Shown here: one piece after another, positions 1-11,298 of the stretch
Position numbering within the stretch: the first letter of the stretch is position 1
How the letters are laid out: every line of letters starts with the position of its first letter
Assembly (NCBI GenBank): GCA_023645945.1
Contig: JALAIB010000053.1
Location: 1 to 39,776, forward strand
Direction of reading: 5' to 3'
DNA: 39,776 nucleotides
From: Diploschistes diacapsis
Lineage: Eukaryota
Made by a program: the position numbers and the translations under genes
Notes under the pieces: generated by a model
Told to the model about the DNA's origin: nothing
What the model saw: the letters and a program-made list of their open reading frames with translations, nothing else
Databases searched by the model: none

Positions 1-1007
1 GGATGTGGTTTTCGACGAGGGGACGGGGGAGACGACGGAGGAGGAGGAGGAGGAGGAGGAGCAGTAATTTAGGGTTGGTTGGTCGGTTGGTTGGTTTTGC
101 TGTTTTTGCTCTCCGATGATGCACTCCTTCAGGTAGTTGGCCGGGGGGGGGGATATACCCAGCAGGCGAAGCCTCAGAGGCCCTGCAAACCTTGTGATTC
201 TTTCTTTCTTCTTCTCTTCGGCGTCGATAGCTGTTCCTGGGGCGTTCGTTGCTTATTAATATAGACAATTAGAAACACGCCCTCCCCCCCTTTGCATTCG
301 TCGAGGCATCAACGCTAGTGCTCAAACGGTCTTGTGCCTCAACGCGCTCGATGCCTCTTTGGGGGGTTGCTTTCAATCGTACTCGATTCTTTTTTGTACC
401 GGCTCAAAATTTCATGCTAGCACTCTGAAGGTGCCATTGGAATGCAGGAGCAAAAAAGTGCTTCTCTTTGGGATCCGACATCGTCTTGCCACACGTGTGT
501 TGCACTCTCATCTGTGCGTATCCATGGTGATGAAGTTGAAGAGGGTGGTGCCGCAATATGGTCTTATAAGTAAGCGAGAGATTGCCTACGAAATCCATAA
601 AGACCATTGCATGTATCTCACAGATTGTAGACCATTGTTACAGATACTGAAGGAAGCACTTCCGTTCTAGAGCTGATGTAAAAACCCAATCGGGCGCTGA
701 CCTCGACATTGGGAGGCCTGTAAAAGGTCCATGCGATTTTATTGTGGAATAGATGCAGCTCATGCCGATATACAAGCAAGTTAAATAAGAGTAATAGGAC
801 AGAAAGAATGGCTGCGATAAGGCCATGTCAGATAAATTAACTCCCCCGAGCGCCATCGCAATACCGTAAAGCCATAGAATCTTGCCCTTCAATACTCTTG
901 ATTATTGCTGATCATAATTCTCCATACTTAGTATCTGCTCCGCTACCTCATCCTGATCGTGAAGCACTGCAGGGACGTGTCTGCCAAGCGCCATTATTGA
1001 CCACCGT

Positions 1008-1821
1008 TCAGTAGCCGGAGCGTCTGAAGTTGTACCAGCGACGGCGACCACCAACTTGGGTGCCATAGTCATTCTTGGGCTCAGCCGCGGCTTGTCTCTC
1101 TCGTTTCTTCTGGCGACGTGCGCTGAAGCAGGTGAAGAGGAGGATGAACATGCCTATATAATTAGCATTATAAGTCTGTCAAGGGAGTATTCAATTTCGC
1201 TAACCGAGGAAGAGAAGCACGAAAGCTGCGACTAGCGTCCACAGCCCTGAGCCATAGTAGGCCCGTGAGTTCTGACCGTCACCGTTGACATCGTTCCTGA
1301 CAATGGCGAAGCCAACCAGGTCCGTGATCAGAACAACCAAAGTAATGATCCAAGCAATGAAGGTGATCACGGCACCGATCAACGATCCAATGACACCAGC
1401 ACCGAGAGACACCAGGAATGCGATAAAGGCCACGCCGCAGGCAATAGGGTGGAGGACCATGACGTTCGTCAAGCCGTTGGCGGTGTCCGCACCCGCTTCC
1501 GAAAAGCCGGTGCCCTCGACATTGCCCATTTCCTGCGCTGGGCGGTAACCAATGCTTCGGCCGGAGCAGTAGTCACCGCCCTGCTGCGAGTTTATAACGC
1601 AGTAGCCAAACGTGCCGAAGGTGACGGAGGAACCGTTGTGGGTGTCGACCCGGAGGATGGAGATGCTATTGACAACGGGGGCGGATATGGTGGTGACGAG
1701 GAGGCATATTGAAGCGGCCAAGATGAGGAGCACGCCGAACCTGGAGACAGAAGTAAGTAATTGTTTGGGGTCGTTGCGGCAGGATAAGGACATACCAGTG
1801 GATCGGACCTGTGCGGGCCAT
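1008..1821 (-). CDS. PalI/Rim9 (SUR7/PalI family) membrane protein, 3 exons
   Basis: Manual splicing: exons 1821-1796, 1740-1205, 1153-1008 (GT..AG introns). Gives MARTGPIHWFGVLLILAAS..., the family motif 'VTFGTFGYC...C...IGY', 'VMVLHPIACG', several TM helices and a short basic tail ending RRRWYNFRRSGY*. Confidence 0.9.
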
Positions 1822-2571
1822 TTTTCAGAGCGACTGGAGTGATTGAAGATGATAAATGCGATGGGATGGGATGGGATGGAGAGAGGATGAGAAGCAACGA
1901 GAGTGCCTGTTGCTGGGACTATTGACAGCAACAATATAAATTGAAAGTTTCACAGTAGCAGAGAACGAAGTGTGAAACCAGGTGAAGCTGAGAAAGTGTT
2001 TAAAGAACTTGGCTAAATGTTGATTTCGTCACCTCTTGTGTACAGAAATGACGTGGCTCCACGACAGAGTAGTCGGAGTGCTCCCGATGACGAACTTTCT
2101 TGATTCAGCCACATATTTCGTCACATGTGACACTGCTCGCCACACATCTGGTGAGGCTTTTGCGTTCACAAGCCACCACAGCCACCACAGCCAACCCATC
2201 CCCCGTGGCACTTCGGGCGGAAAGTGGCGGCGGCTCGGATCAAAGGGGGCAATCCGGTTTCTCTGCACTGCGTCACTTTGCAATTAGCTTCAGACGATGA
2301 TGGATCTTCTGATCGGACCCTATTCGGCCAAACGGCTGCCAATAAGTTGCTTTTATGCTCTTGGAGATGAGTACTCTAGACAACGGACTTCACAGGATAT
2401 GAACAACCATGCAAGTAAGAGCAGTTTTGTTTGCCCTACGATTTCACTATTGTGATTGAATAACCCCCGATACCTCGCAGCGCTTTTGGCCTTCGTCCAG
2501 GACCTGAAGGCACCCTCAAACACCAAAGTGCCCCCAAGCCTATCCCCGATCTGGATATCATACCAAACATC

Positions 2572-2964
2572 TTAATCGTCACGACTACAATCATCGTCCG
2601 CATCCGCACCGTCGTCATCGTCGTCCTTTGCATGGAAACCACTGTCATCCATGTCTTCTTCTTCTTCTTCTTCGTCGTCTTCTCCTTCCCCGTTTCTCCA
2701 GAAGTCCCAATCTGACTTCTCCTTGCTTGATTGTTTCCTCTCATACATGTCGTCCCACAGAGACGCCACCCTTATCGAATAACTTGCGTCGGCGTATGCA
2801 CTGGCATAAGCTTCGGGATCCGCGTCGGCGTCTCGGATGGATAAGTCGTCTTCGAAGAAATCCAGGTCTGTTTTAACTTCCGCATTGCGAGCCCAGTACT
2901 GTGCCGATACAATGGAAACACCTCCTAAGATGAGAATAGCCATCAAAGCGCGGAATTGCATCAT
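2572..2964 (-). CDS. Small secreted, highly acidic protein of unknown function (130 aa)
   Basis: Intronless ORF with signal peptide (MMQFRALMAILILGGVSIVSA), an X-A/X-P dipeptide run RDADADPEAYASAYADA and a D/E-rich C-terminus. Confidence 0.7.
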   Translation of the reverse strand: MMQFRALMAILILGGVSIVSAQYWARNAEVKTDLDFFEDDLSIRDADADPEAYASAYADASYSIRVASLWDDMYERKQSSKEKSDWDFWRNGEGEDDEEEEEEDMDDSGFHAKDDDDDGADADDDCSRDD

Positions 2965-3299
2965 TGCTCAACTGTGTGAAAGCAGCAGGAGCTGAAACAC
3001 TCTACTGATTGGGGATGTCGTCTGTGAGACTACCTCCGGAGGTAATCTCGTCGACTGATTTTCATTAACACAAAGTGACGAATATTGAAAGCCAGCAAGC
3101 AAATTGAAAACTTAGTAATCGACAAAAGCCCGAATGCGAGAATCACTTAAACGGTAAATGCACGTTGTGCCGTCCAACGCGGGGGAGCTGTGTAGTTATC
3201 ACTTCGCCAGGTCCAGACATGACATCTGAGTCGCTATAAGCAGCACAGCCGCTCTTTGACGTTTGAGCGTTGTTATTCTGCCATCCCATCGGCTCCAGA

Positions 3300-6200
3300 A
3301 AAGCTTAATCTGCAAGGTTCAAAAAGCGCATCACTGTTGCTTAGGCCCGAAGCACTAACGGATGCAAGGGCGTTTGAGTTGGTGCGCTATCAAAGATTGG
3401 GTGTGCTCGCCAATCCGCTCGTCTCGATGAAGGTAGTCATAGGATGCCATATTGACTTGGGTATGAGAGTTCAAGTAAGCAATTAACTCGAAGTTGATTT
3501 GCAGTCGATGGCCGTTGGTTACCCGGCGTGTATCCACCCTACTAGACGGTGGCGCTTATGCGATCAAATGTTGGTTTCGGCTCTGCAAAGCTTAAAGTTT
3601 TGTTTTAACGGCTATTGGGGAGCAAACTTTATAGAAGGACTGACACAAAAGAGCTTCGGACCAGTCGGCTGGCTCAAAAGGCCATCCTGTTTTAGTCTCC
3701 AAAAGCTTGCGTGAGACTCCCCGGTGATGGGACGGCGCCAGTACTCAAACGAACTTTATCTGGGTAACCAAGACAAATTTGTTTATGCCACGGAGCCGCG
3801 AAAGGAGCAAGGTTATTCGGATTCTTCGTCTGAGGAAGGAATTTCAGCTCGGTCTTCCTGTCCTCGAGCTCCCCCTTGATCTGTTGTCGTTGCGGGGTGC
3901 AATGCTATTTCTCAGTCCAGTCGCTGGAGACAGGCGCATTCGGCTCCTGTTTTGTGGCTTCAACATTCATTCTCCAGTGCTCTCGTTGTCTGCACAGGCT
4001 CGAGCATCATTCCTTTTGAAATATCCAATTACGGCTTCGGCTCGTGTCCCTATGGGCCCGAAATAAAAGGCTTGTCCTTCGTGGCCGAGCAGCAGCAATT
4101 CATCGAACATCTCAAAGAGTGATGCGGATGGTTGATAGGTGGTGGCACACGATAGCTTGGCCACTGTTTACTAACTTTCGGAGGAGAGAGCATATGATCC
4201 ACGCTGTATCGCTGTCGAAGCCAGAAGTCGGCTCGTCTGATATAGCTGTCAATCGGAAGTATTTTCCTACCATTTCTTGGATCTGATATTATCGCATCGG
4301 CATAAGATTCAATTCTTTAGCGCTTTCAAGACATCGTCTGCATATGCAATCTTTGCTACGTCCGAATTTGAACTCGATTGGCGGAGCAGTGCACCAAACT
4401 CCAGCGCCTCCCTCACCGTCGCCGTCGACAAAATAAATATCGGATTGTTGCACGCAGCCTGTCTTCCGTTGGAGCCCCCGTGTCTCGAGGATGGTTATTG
4501 ATGAAGGCGCCCCTTCTGGCTGACATTGCTCTGCTAGAGCCGGTTGGCCAATACATATACCAAGGTCGTTTTAGTTGCTCCGTATGCATATGGTGTTTTA
4601 CCATCAACGCCGTGAGCTCCGTGGCAACCAAGTCACAACTCTTGGAGTCTGCAACGGAACCCGAATCCTTCTTCTGCTAGGAAGCTGGCTCCTGCGGCTC
4701 AAAGTTATCTCGAGGCAGGAGACGCCATCTACTGGCCGAGAAGCCGATATGGATCCGGGTGCAGAGCACGCTTTGCTTTTCAGATCCAATATTGTTGTAT
4801 TCGGGGCCCGCTGGGAGGAACGGCAGTTGCAACAGGCAAATTGACGGTCCCAAAACTGAAGCGGTTGGCAACGGTAAATATGTGTACAGGCACGGGTGAC
4901 CTCATTGACCATCATGCTTTCATATGCATACGCGATTGGGATCACGAATGCCAGCATAGATTAAGGATTAGGATTGCTACTGGCGACATGGTTTGTTCTA
5001 GTGCTCTAGATAACGAGCCTAAAATGCGGAAGAACATCGACAGTGTTAGTAAGCCCACAAATGAGAGAGGAGAGAAGATAGAGAAGTGCTCAGGGTCTGC
5101 GGTAAAACACAGAGTAAGATTGGGAGAGGATCGAGGCTGTGACCTTATTAGGAAGATCACAGATCATCGACGCCGTCGCCTCGGCGAATGGTCTGTAAAA
5201 GCCATATCGTGCCTGCTTCTCGACAATTGGGTCGTTGCGCCCACATAGTGAGTACCTAGATTATCAGTCATTCTTCAGAAGATAGGATGTTGGCGGGTTT
5301 TTAACTCGAATGCACTTTGAACAAGCATTGATAACCGTAGCGTAGAAGAGGGGAACGCTCCGTGGAGACGCTCGGCGGTAGTATCAGGTAGGTCATAGGA
5401 TACGCCACTGAGTATGATAGGAACGACGACGTTACCGATAATGCCGGAGATAGGAGGAACGGGATTGTTCCTTAGTTCTTTTGAAGCCACGCTTGACGCA
5501 TATGGCTATTCGATTGCAAAATCGGAAGAAGATGGGCGCAGTATCACCGGCCATTCTTGTTTAATAAGGTTGACAGTCCTAGCACCATCATGTTCGAAGG
5601 AAGTTCTGATCCGCTAGTGCAATCTCCTGTAAGAGAGCGTTGTGCTCGTTGCTTCCTTCCCAAGATTTGACAAAGTCCTGAATGGACCGGGCTACACGAC
5701 CCTCCCATCCTTTCTTGCAAGAGATGCTTCTCTGGATTAGCGAATGAAGTGAGGAACTCCCGCGATGGACGTCCGAGGAGGGCAAATGAAGCCCTGTCGC
5801 AAGAAGAAAGCTTTGGCATCGGCAACGGGTCCAAAGAAGATCTGCCGGCCTTCATAAAGAAGGGCGACATTATCAAAAGCTCTTCCCACGAATTAGCAAA
5901 CGTCAAGAATGGCCAGTGATAGGAACGGACATTGAACATAGCTTGACAAACACAAACGACTACAGTTGCACCGCTTAATGTGGTTGATCCTTGTGAAAAG
6001 CTTGATGATATGCAGTGCTGTTGAACCATCGAGGCCGCGAGTACTATTGTCCCAAAATTGGTTGGACAGCGTCACTTAGGAACGCTTCGGCAATGCTGAC
6101 ACGAACTTTCTCGCCGCCACTTATGCCAGGGATCATGGGATTGCCTATCTGGTTATTCCGGGCTCCCGCTGAGGTTGAAGATTGATAGAGTGTGCTCCCG

Positions 6201-6400
6201 TCTGACCCCAACATCTTCCTTGTCCATGCCAGTCAAGGGATATTGGGTTCGAGCAGCAGCCGCGAAAGATAGTGCCTCCTCGACATCAAATGCGGGGAAG
6301 TGGACACCTGATCCACCCCCATACGGCCTTTCTCTATTCAGATGTTTTGCGAGTGTATCTAGAGGAATCCCTAGGAAGCATTACGGGTCTTGGGCGTAAG
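3300..6400 (-). pseudogene. Degraded PDR-type (ABC-G) ABC transporter
   Basis: Collinear motif remnants in shifting frames: VHFPAFDVEEALSFAAAART, IPGISGGEKVRVSIAE, QFWDNSTRGLD, IPIAYAYESMMVNE, ATVREALEFGALLRQ, DEPTSGFDS, YQPSASLFEMFDELLLL..YFGPIG. Many stops, frameshifts and deletions; boundaries approximate. Confidence 0.88.
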
Positions 6401-7595
6401 AAGGCGCGGTGTGCTGGCAGCGGCTAAGCAATCATTATTCTTTACCTTCATCGTTGATCGAGGGCCTTTCGCTGATGCAATCCATGCATATCATTACTCA
6501 ACGTCTTAAGCAACGTCGAACACCCGCTGTCAGATCTCCCCAGAACCAACAATGTCTGGCCTGGTGAAAGAGGCCATTGAACCAATGTAGTATCTGAATC
6601 CGGGAAAGCTGTCTTCGTAGTACCTGGCCTCTAAAAAGATTGTGAAGCGCCAGGAGAGTGTTGGCAAATGTTTGCCGATAGTCAGCCGAGCTATAGAAAC
6701 TGCGAACGCCGAGCTTCTGGGACGATATAGCGAAACGTCGATTTGAATCTGCTGGCCATTATTATTATCCTAAGCTTCCATGCATGGGGCCTACTTTGGT
6801 GACTAGAGATCCAGGAGAAGGACCTATTAGCATATGCTCGATGTTGACTTAAGTATGGGATTTTCTCGTCACCACTGAGGCTGCTATCGGGAAACCTGCT
6901 TCGCCATGTTTAGTCCACGGTCTCGGGCTTTCTGGAGCAGCTTATCGAGGATTAAGCAAACATAATGGCTGAATGATAGCGGGTTACAACGTGCGGGCCT
7001 TCGAAATTGGTCGGACTTGCCCGCATAGCAACAAACATCAAAGATCCAACAATCAATCCGAGGCCTGCGCCTGGACTGAAATCTGGCGGCCACAAGTTGC
7101 AATGCATTTGCATTACTAGAAACTTGAGAAGGGCATCCCTACGACGAGATCACTGTCAAGTCGATACAGCCCATGGTTAGTTGGAATATTTGGCAACCAT
7201 AAGCCGGTTAACATTCTAGTGCATCAGAAAATGCTTCGCAGGGGTTCAGCTGCAATTGGCCGAATGCAGTATATCTAGGGTGCGGGGGCGGATCAAGCGG
7301 CAACGACACTTAATGAGGCCGATGAGCCTCGGAGCAGCATAATCCCGAACGCATTTTTTCTTCCCTCATTGGACTTCGTCACAGCTTCGTACGCATGCAG
7401 GTCGAGATTGTTGGCGCCGCCTGAGGACGTTGGAGCAGTGCTATGCGTGCCCTAGATCTTCTCGGCACAGTCAATGCTAATGATGTAGGTTCTTGATTTC
7501 ATAAGGCTTTCGGAGTAGCATACAAAATTCCTCTATTCCGTCTGGTGAGCCGATGATTCGGCGCAGTCAATAAGAGAGACAAGGCTGAGCTAATC

Positions 7596-8463
7596 TTAGG
7601 TGGACGCTTGTTTGGTTAGATAACCTAATTCATCCGTTCGATGTGCTTCGCCACCGGATCTGGAAAGGTAGCTCTCGCTTTGGCTTTTGCATGTCAAGTC
7701 CAAGGGCTGACGTGGCCCATTTTGAGCGTTTTTGTAAGCTGTGGGAACTCTGTGGCTACCTGTGGGTGTTAGCGTCTCATTAACCACTCTGCCTTGCCTC
7801 ACTTACTTGCATGCAGAAGTACGGCATTCCCAGCATTTTCGCTTTTGATTCGATCGTATCGATGCCATGTCGATGCCATGTCGTAGAGGCCCGCTCCAAG
7901 GTTCATCCGGGTAAATGATTAAGCGACCCGCCCAAACCTTGTTAACGGGTGTTTTCCGCCTCCTTTGTTCCACACCTATGTTGCGGGATAGGAGCACCAT
8001 GCTCACCTTGTTTTTGAGGCAACCGGCATTTGTTAATGTAGACGTCCGAGTGCGGCGAGCATCTAACCACATAGACCTGAGCATGGACGCGAAGGGTCTC
8101 GGCGTAGATGGGAAGTAGGAGAGGTTCGTTTCGAGTTGATTCATGTCTATTTCGATGGAGTCTCCATACTCGATAGCGCTCTGAAGATTAGACCTCACCC
8201 TAGATACCATAACCGAGTCCCGGAATATTTCCAATGCAGCTATCATAGAAGAGGGATCCACATTGGTCGCAGAGCTGCTTAGGTCAATTGCTTGATATAC
8301 AAGGATCTTCGTGTGCGACTTACGTCCATATCAAACCTAGATCAGTCGAAGCCATTGAGTCAAAATCTTGGTTATTCGCGGCGAGCATGATCACGCATGT
8401 CGAAAATGCTTTAACACGACGGTATAGCCAAAGATCGGACTGGAAAGACTAGGATTCTTCCAT
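7596..8463 (-). pseudogene. Spliced hypothetical gene, probably decayed, with a Zn2Cys6-like remnant
   Basis: Two canonical-looking introns: 8323-8275 (GTAAGT..TTGAC..CAG) and 7806-7760 (GTAAGT..GCTAAC..CAG). The first joins MLAANNQDFDSMASTDLGLIWT in frame to ORF 7803..8261, which ends KRKCWECRTSACK. An in-frame stop follows the second intron. Confidence 0.4.
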
Positions 8464-9506
8464 GGTCGTCACATTCTCCGCTCCCTGAGGGAAGAAGATT
8501 TTGCCGGTGAGCAAGGTAATGCCAAAGGCGGTCTGATTTCCCGCACAACATTTATATAATTTTAGCTGCCGAACGACGATGGCTAGATGGACTGCCGAAG
8601 GCCTACGTTGCTTGTCCAACAAGGGAAAGCCATCCCATAAAAACTAATTGATACCCCCAATGAAGGGGAGAAATTGAGGGAAAGTTGGACGAATGTGACC
8701 CGGCTCCTGATGCGCACGCTCAACGTGATACAAGACCAGCAGTAGCAACCGATTAAAAAGAACGGAATGGCCAGGATGATGAGGCACGAGATGAAGGGCT
8801 TGAGCTCCTAACCATAAGCCAAAGGCTGAAGCTCGAGGCTGTGGGCAAAGGCGAACGGAATGACACACAAGAGATCTGTGGCTTTCGATGTGAGCTCGGC
8901 CATTGTGAATATGCGGCTCAAGGGATGGGCAACAGTATAGACCTTAAGAAACGACTCCCGCCTTTTGTAGACTTACTTAGCAGCTCTCCTGCAGGGGAAA
9001 GGACAGAATAAGCGCATAATCAGCTGAAGCTTGTCACCAGTAAAGGCTTACATCAGAACTGTGGAGGGCGGGGGGACCTCGAGATCCAATCAAAGAAGAG
9101 GTTTCGACGTGGCTATGGCAATGCTGCTTCCTGTCTGAGGTGTATAGGATATAGCCTGGCTTGACTTCAGTCAGCAGGAGTAAGTCTGATGACACCTTAT
9201 GCACACATTGTCTGCCGTGGCACTTTGGGGGTCCAAATCGCAGCTTCCTCGGCGTTGGTCAGGGAGCTGCTAGCAAATGCCTCATCTATCAACGAGTCCT
9301 GTTCGATAGATGTGCTCCACCGCCCTCACCCGAAGTGCCTTTGAAACAGACAAGCGGCTCTCCGAAGCAGGTCCTATTAAAGATATTTCTCTGTCTCAGC
9401 CCTGATCTGTTTCTCTTTCAACCCTTTACAAAGCTCAAAACGGGTTCCCGCTTTGCCTCAATTGAATCACAGCTTTCCAGCCCTCGTGCATAGTCGGGAT
9501 TCCAAC

Positions 9507-10790
9507 ATGGCATCCAGCTCAGACTCTGGGCTTTTCTCATCTTCGCAGCAAGACATCGAGAATCGAGCCTTCCAAGGGAGAGGAATCTCGAGGACTGCAT
9601 TCCAAGTATATCCTTCGCTTGAGATGAAATTCAAACTTTGCTAAGTATTACAAGGCAACGGTTGGCGTGTTCTTTGGGCTTGCTGTGATCTCGGTCATAG
9701 CACGTGTATTTATACGGCTACACACTCGCCGAGCCCTTGCCTGGGATGATGCTTTTCTCGGGCTCGGTGTAGTTTGCTTGAGCGCTGCGACGGGCATTGC
9801 CTATAAGGAATGCGACAATCTCTTCCTTTCAAGCGCTTTGCAGCAAGATCCGACAGAGGCTTTTCGGCTCGACTCAGTGACACTGAACAACCTCTTGGAT
9901 ACTTCTCTCCCTTACCTGGATGCTTTCCTGGCGCTAGCCTGGACGACGATCTTTGCCGTCAAGTTCTCTTTCCTGATTTTCTTCAAGCAGCTCATTAGAA
10001 GACTTGTCAAAATCAACGTCTGCTTCTGGATCGTCACCGTCTTCACCGCGCTCTCCTGGATGTTCATGGTCTCCGAAGCGTTCATCTTATGTTCTTACTC
10101 TGGCTTCGAAACCCGTAAGTCGGGGCTCTCGGAGCCTGCATTCTCTAACATCCCCAGTTCAATGTTATGGGCAATCCAGGGACACCCTTTATGTCGCTAT
10201 GACTGGCTTGATTACCGGCTAGATGCACTTACCGATATCATGAGTAGGTTGCCATGCTAAGAATGAAGCTGTTGTTAAGATACGCAGTTGTTGCTATTCC
10301 GATCGCCGTCCTTCGGACCTCAAAGATCCAGCTGAAACAGAAGCTTGCCTTAGCCTCCTTCATGTGCTTATCGCTCGTGATGGTTGTCTTGGCCATCATA
10401 AGAGTGAGCAAGATACATGACGCCTCCAACGTCGATGTCGTTTGGGAAATTTTCTGGCAATATATGGAAGCCAGCGTGGCGGTTCTGATGGCATCCATCA
10501 CAACATTCCGGACCCTATTCATCCGCCAGACGCAGAAGGAAGCAAAAGAGAAGCAATGGAGACCTTGATACTCCTGGCTCGAAAGAATGAAACGTAAACG
10601 ATCAACCAAGAACAATGCACAGAACGAAGACTACCTCGGATTACCTTCTATCCCGCGACCTGCTCTGCTTGGTATGCGTACCTTCATCCGCCATGATAAT
10701 GGGTCCGTCGGCGCCTCAACTCTCATAAGCACAGGTATGATGCCTTTACAAAAGGACGAAGATGCCCACGATTTCCATATATATTCTTAG
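9507..10790 (+). pseudogene. Pth11-like (fungal rhodopsin-domain) integral membrane protein, disrupted
   Basis: Introns 9606-9654, about 10115-10155 and about 10244-10287. Motifs ARVFIRLHTRRALAWDD, VKFSFLIFF, LDALTDIM..AIPI, EASVAVLMAS and tail LPSIPRPALLGMRTFIR. A 1-nt frameshift near 10218 and an in-frame TGA at 10566-10568 break the frame. Confidence 0.8.
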
Positions 10791-10894
10791 AATAAGCAAG
10801 TGCTTGTTGCGAGAGACTGGTCAAATACTAACCAGCCAAGACCCTGACGGCAGCTTGCGTGACTCTTGGCATCTTGGCCTTACAACAAGAAGGT

Positions 10895-11220
10895 ATTTCG
10901 GCTTTATTATTCTTATTCCCACGCATTATTTTAAATTCTTAATAAGAAACAGGGTTTAAAAGTTATTAAGTTATTATGGAAATATTCGCTTAAATTATAA
11001 TAAATAGGAAGTAGGCTTTATTTACTCGATTAATTTACTCGATGTTTACGCGAATTCGAGTTATATACGACGCGTAGGGGTAGTAAATAAAGTACTAATA
11101 TATATTACGAATGAAGAGTTTTAAATGATTCAAAAAAGCGTATTTATAGGACATTATTTGGATGCGTATCGTATCTCTTATAATTTAGGTAGGGACCATT
11201 ACTTTTGGGACGTGACTGTA
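10895..11220. mobile_element. AT-rich RIP-like transposon relic with a Tc1/mariner-like terminus
   Basis: Abrupt AT-rich island, visibly rich in TpA and poor in CpA/TpG while CpG is kept. Its right end reads TA|CAGTCACGTCCCAAAAGTAATGG on the minus strand, resembling Tc1/impala-type ends. No matching left TIR was found. Confidence 0.5.
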
Positions 11221-11298
11221 AGTTCCCGTTTATATAGCAAATCCGCGTCTTTTGATCAACGCGCCCCTCCCCCTTCGCGGTCGCAATGAAGGGTCACA

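Noticed and set aside
38..62. (GGA)n run, and similar simple repeats near 1860, 20520 and 22320
   Set aside because: Ordinary microsatellites with no repeat-spacer structure, so not CRISPR-like.
332..900. Short ORFs on both strands
   Set aside because: No recognisable motifs or consistent splice structure.
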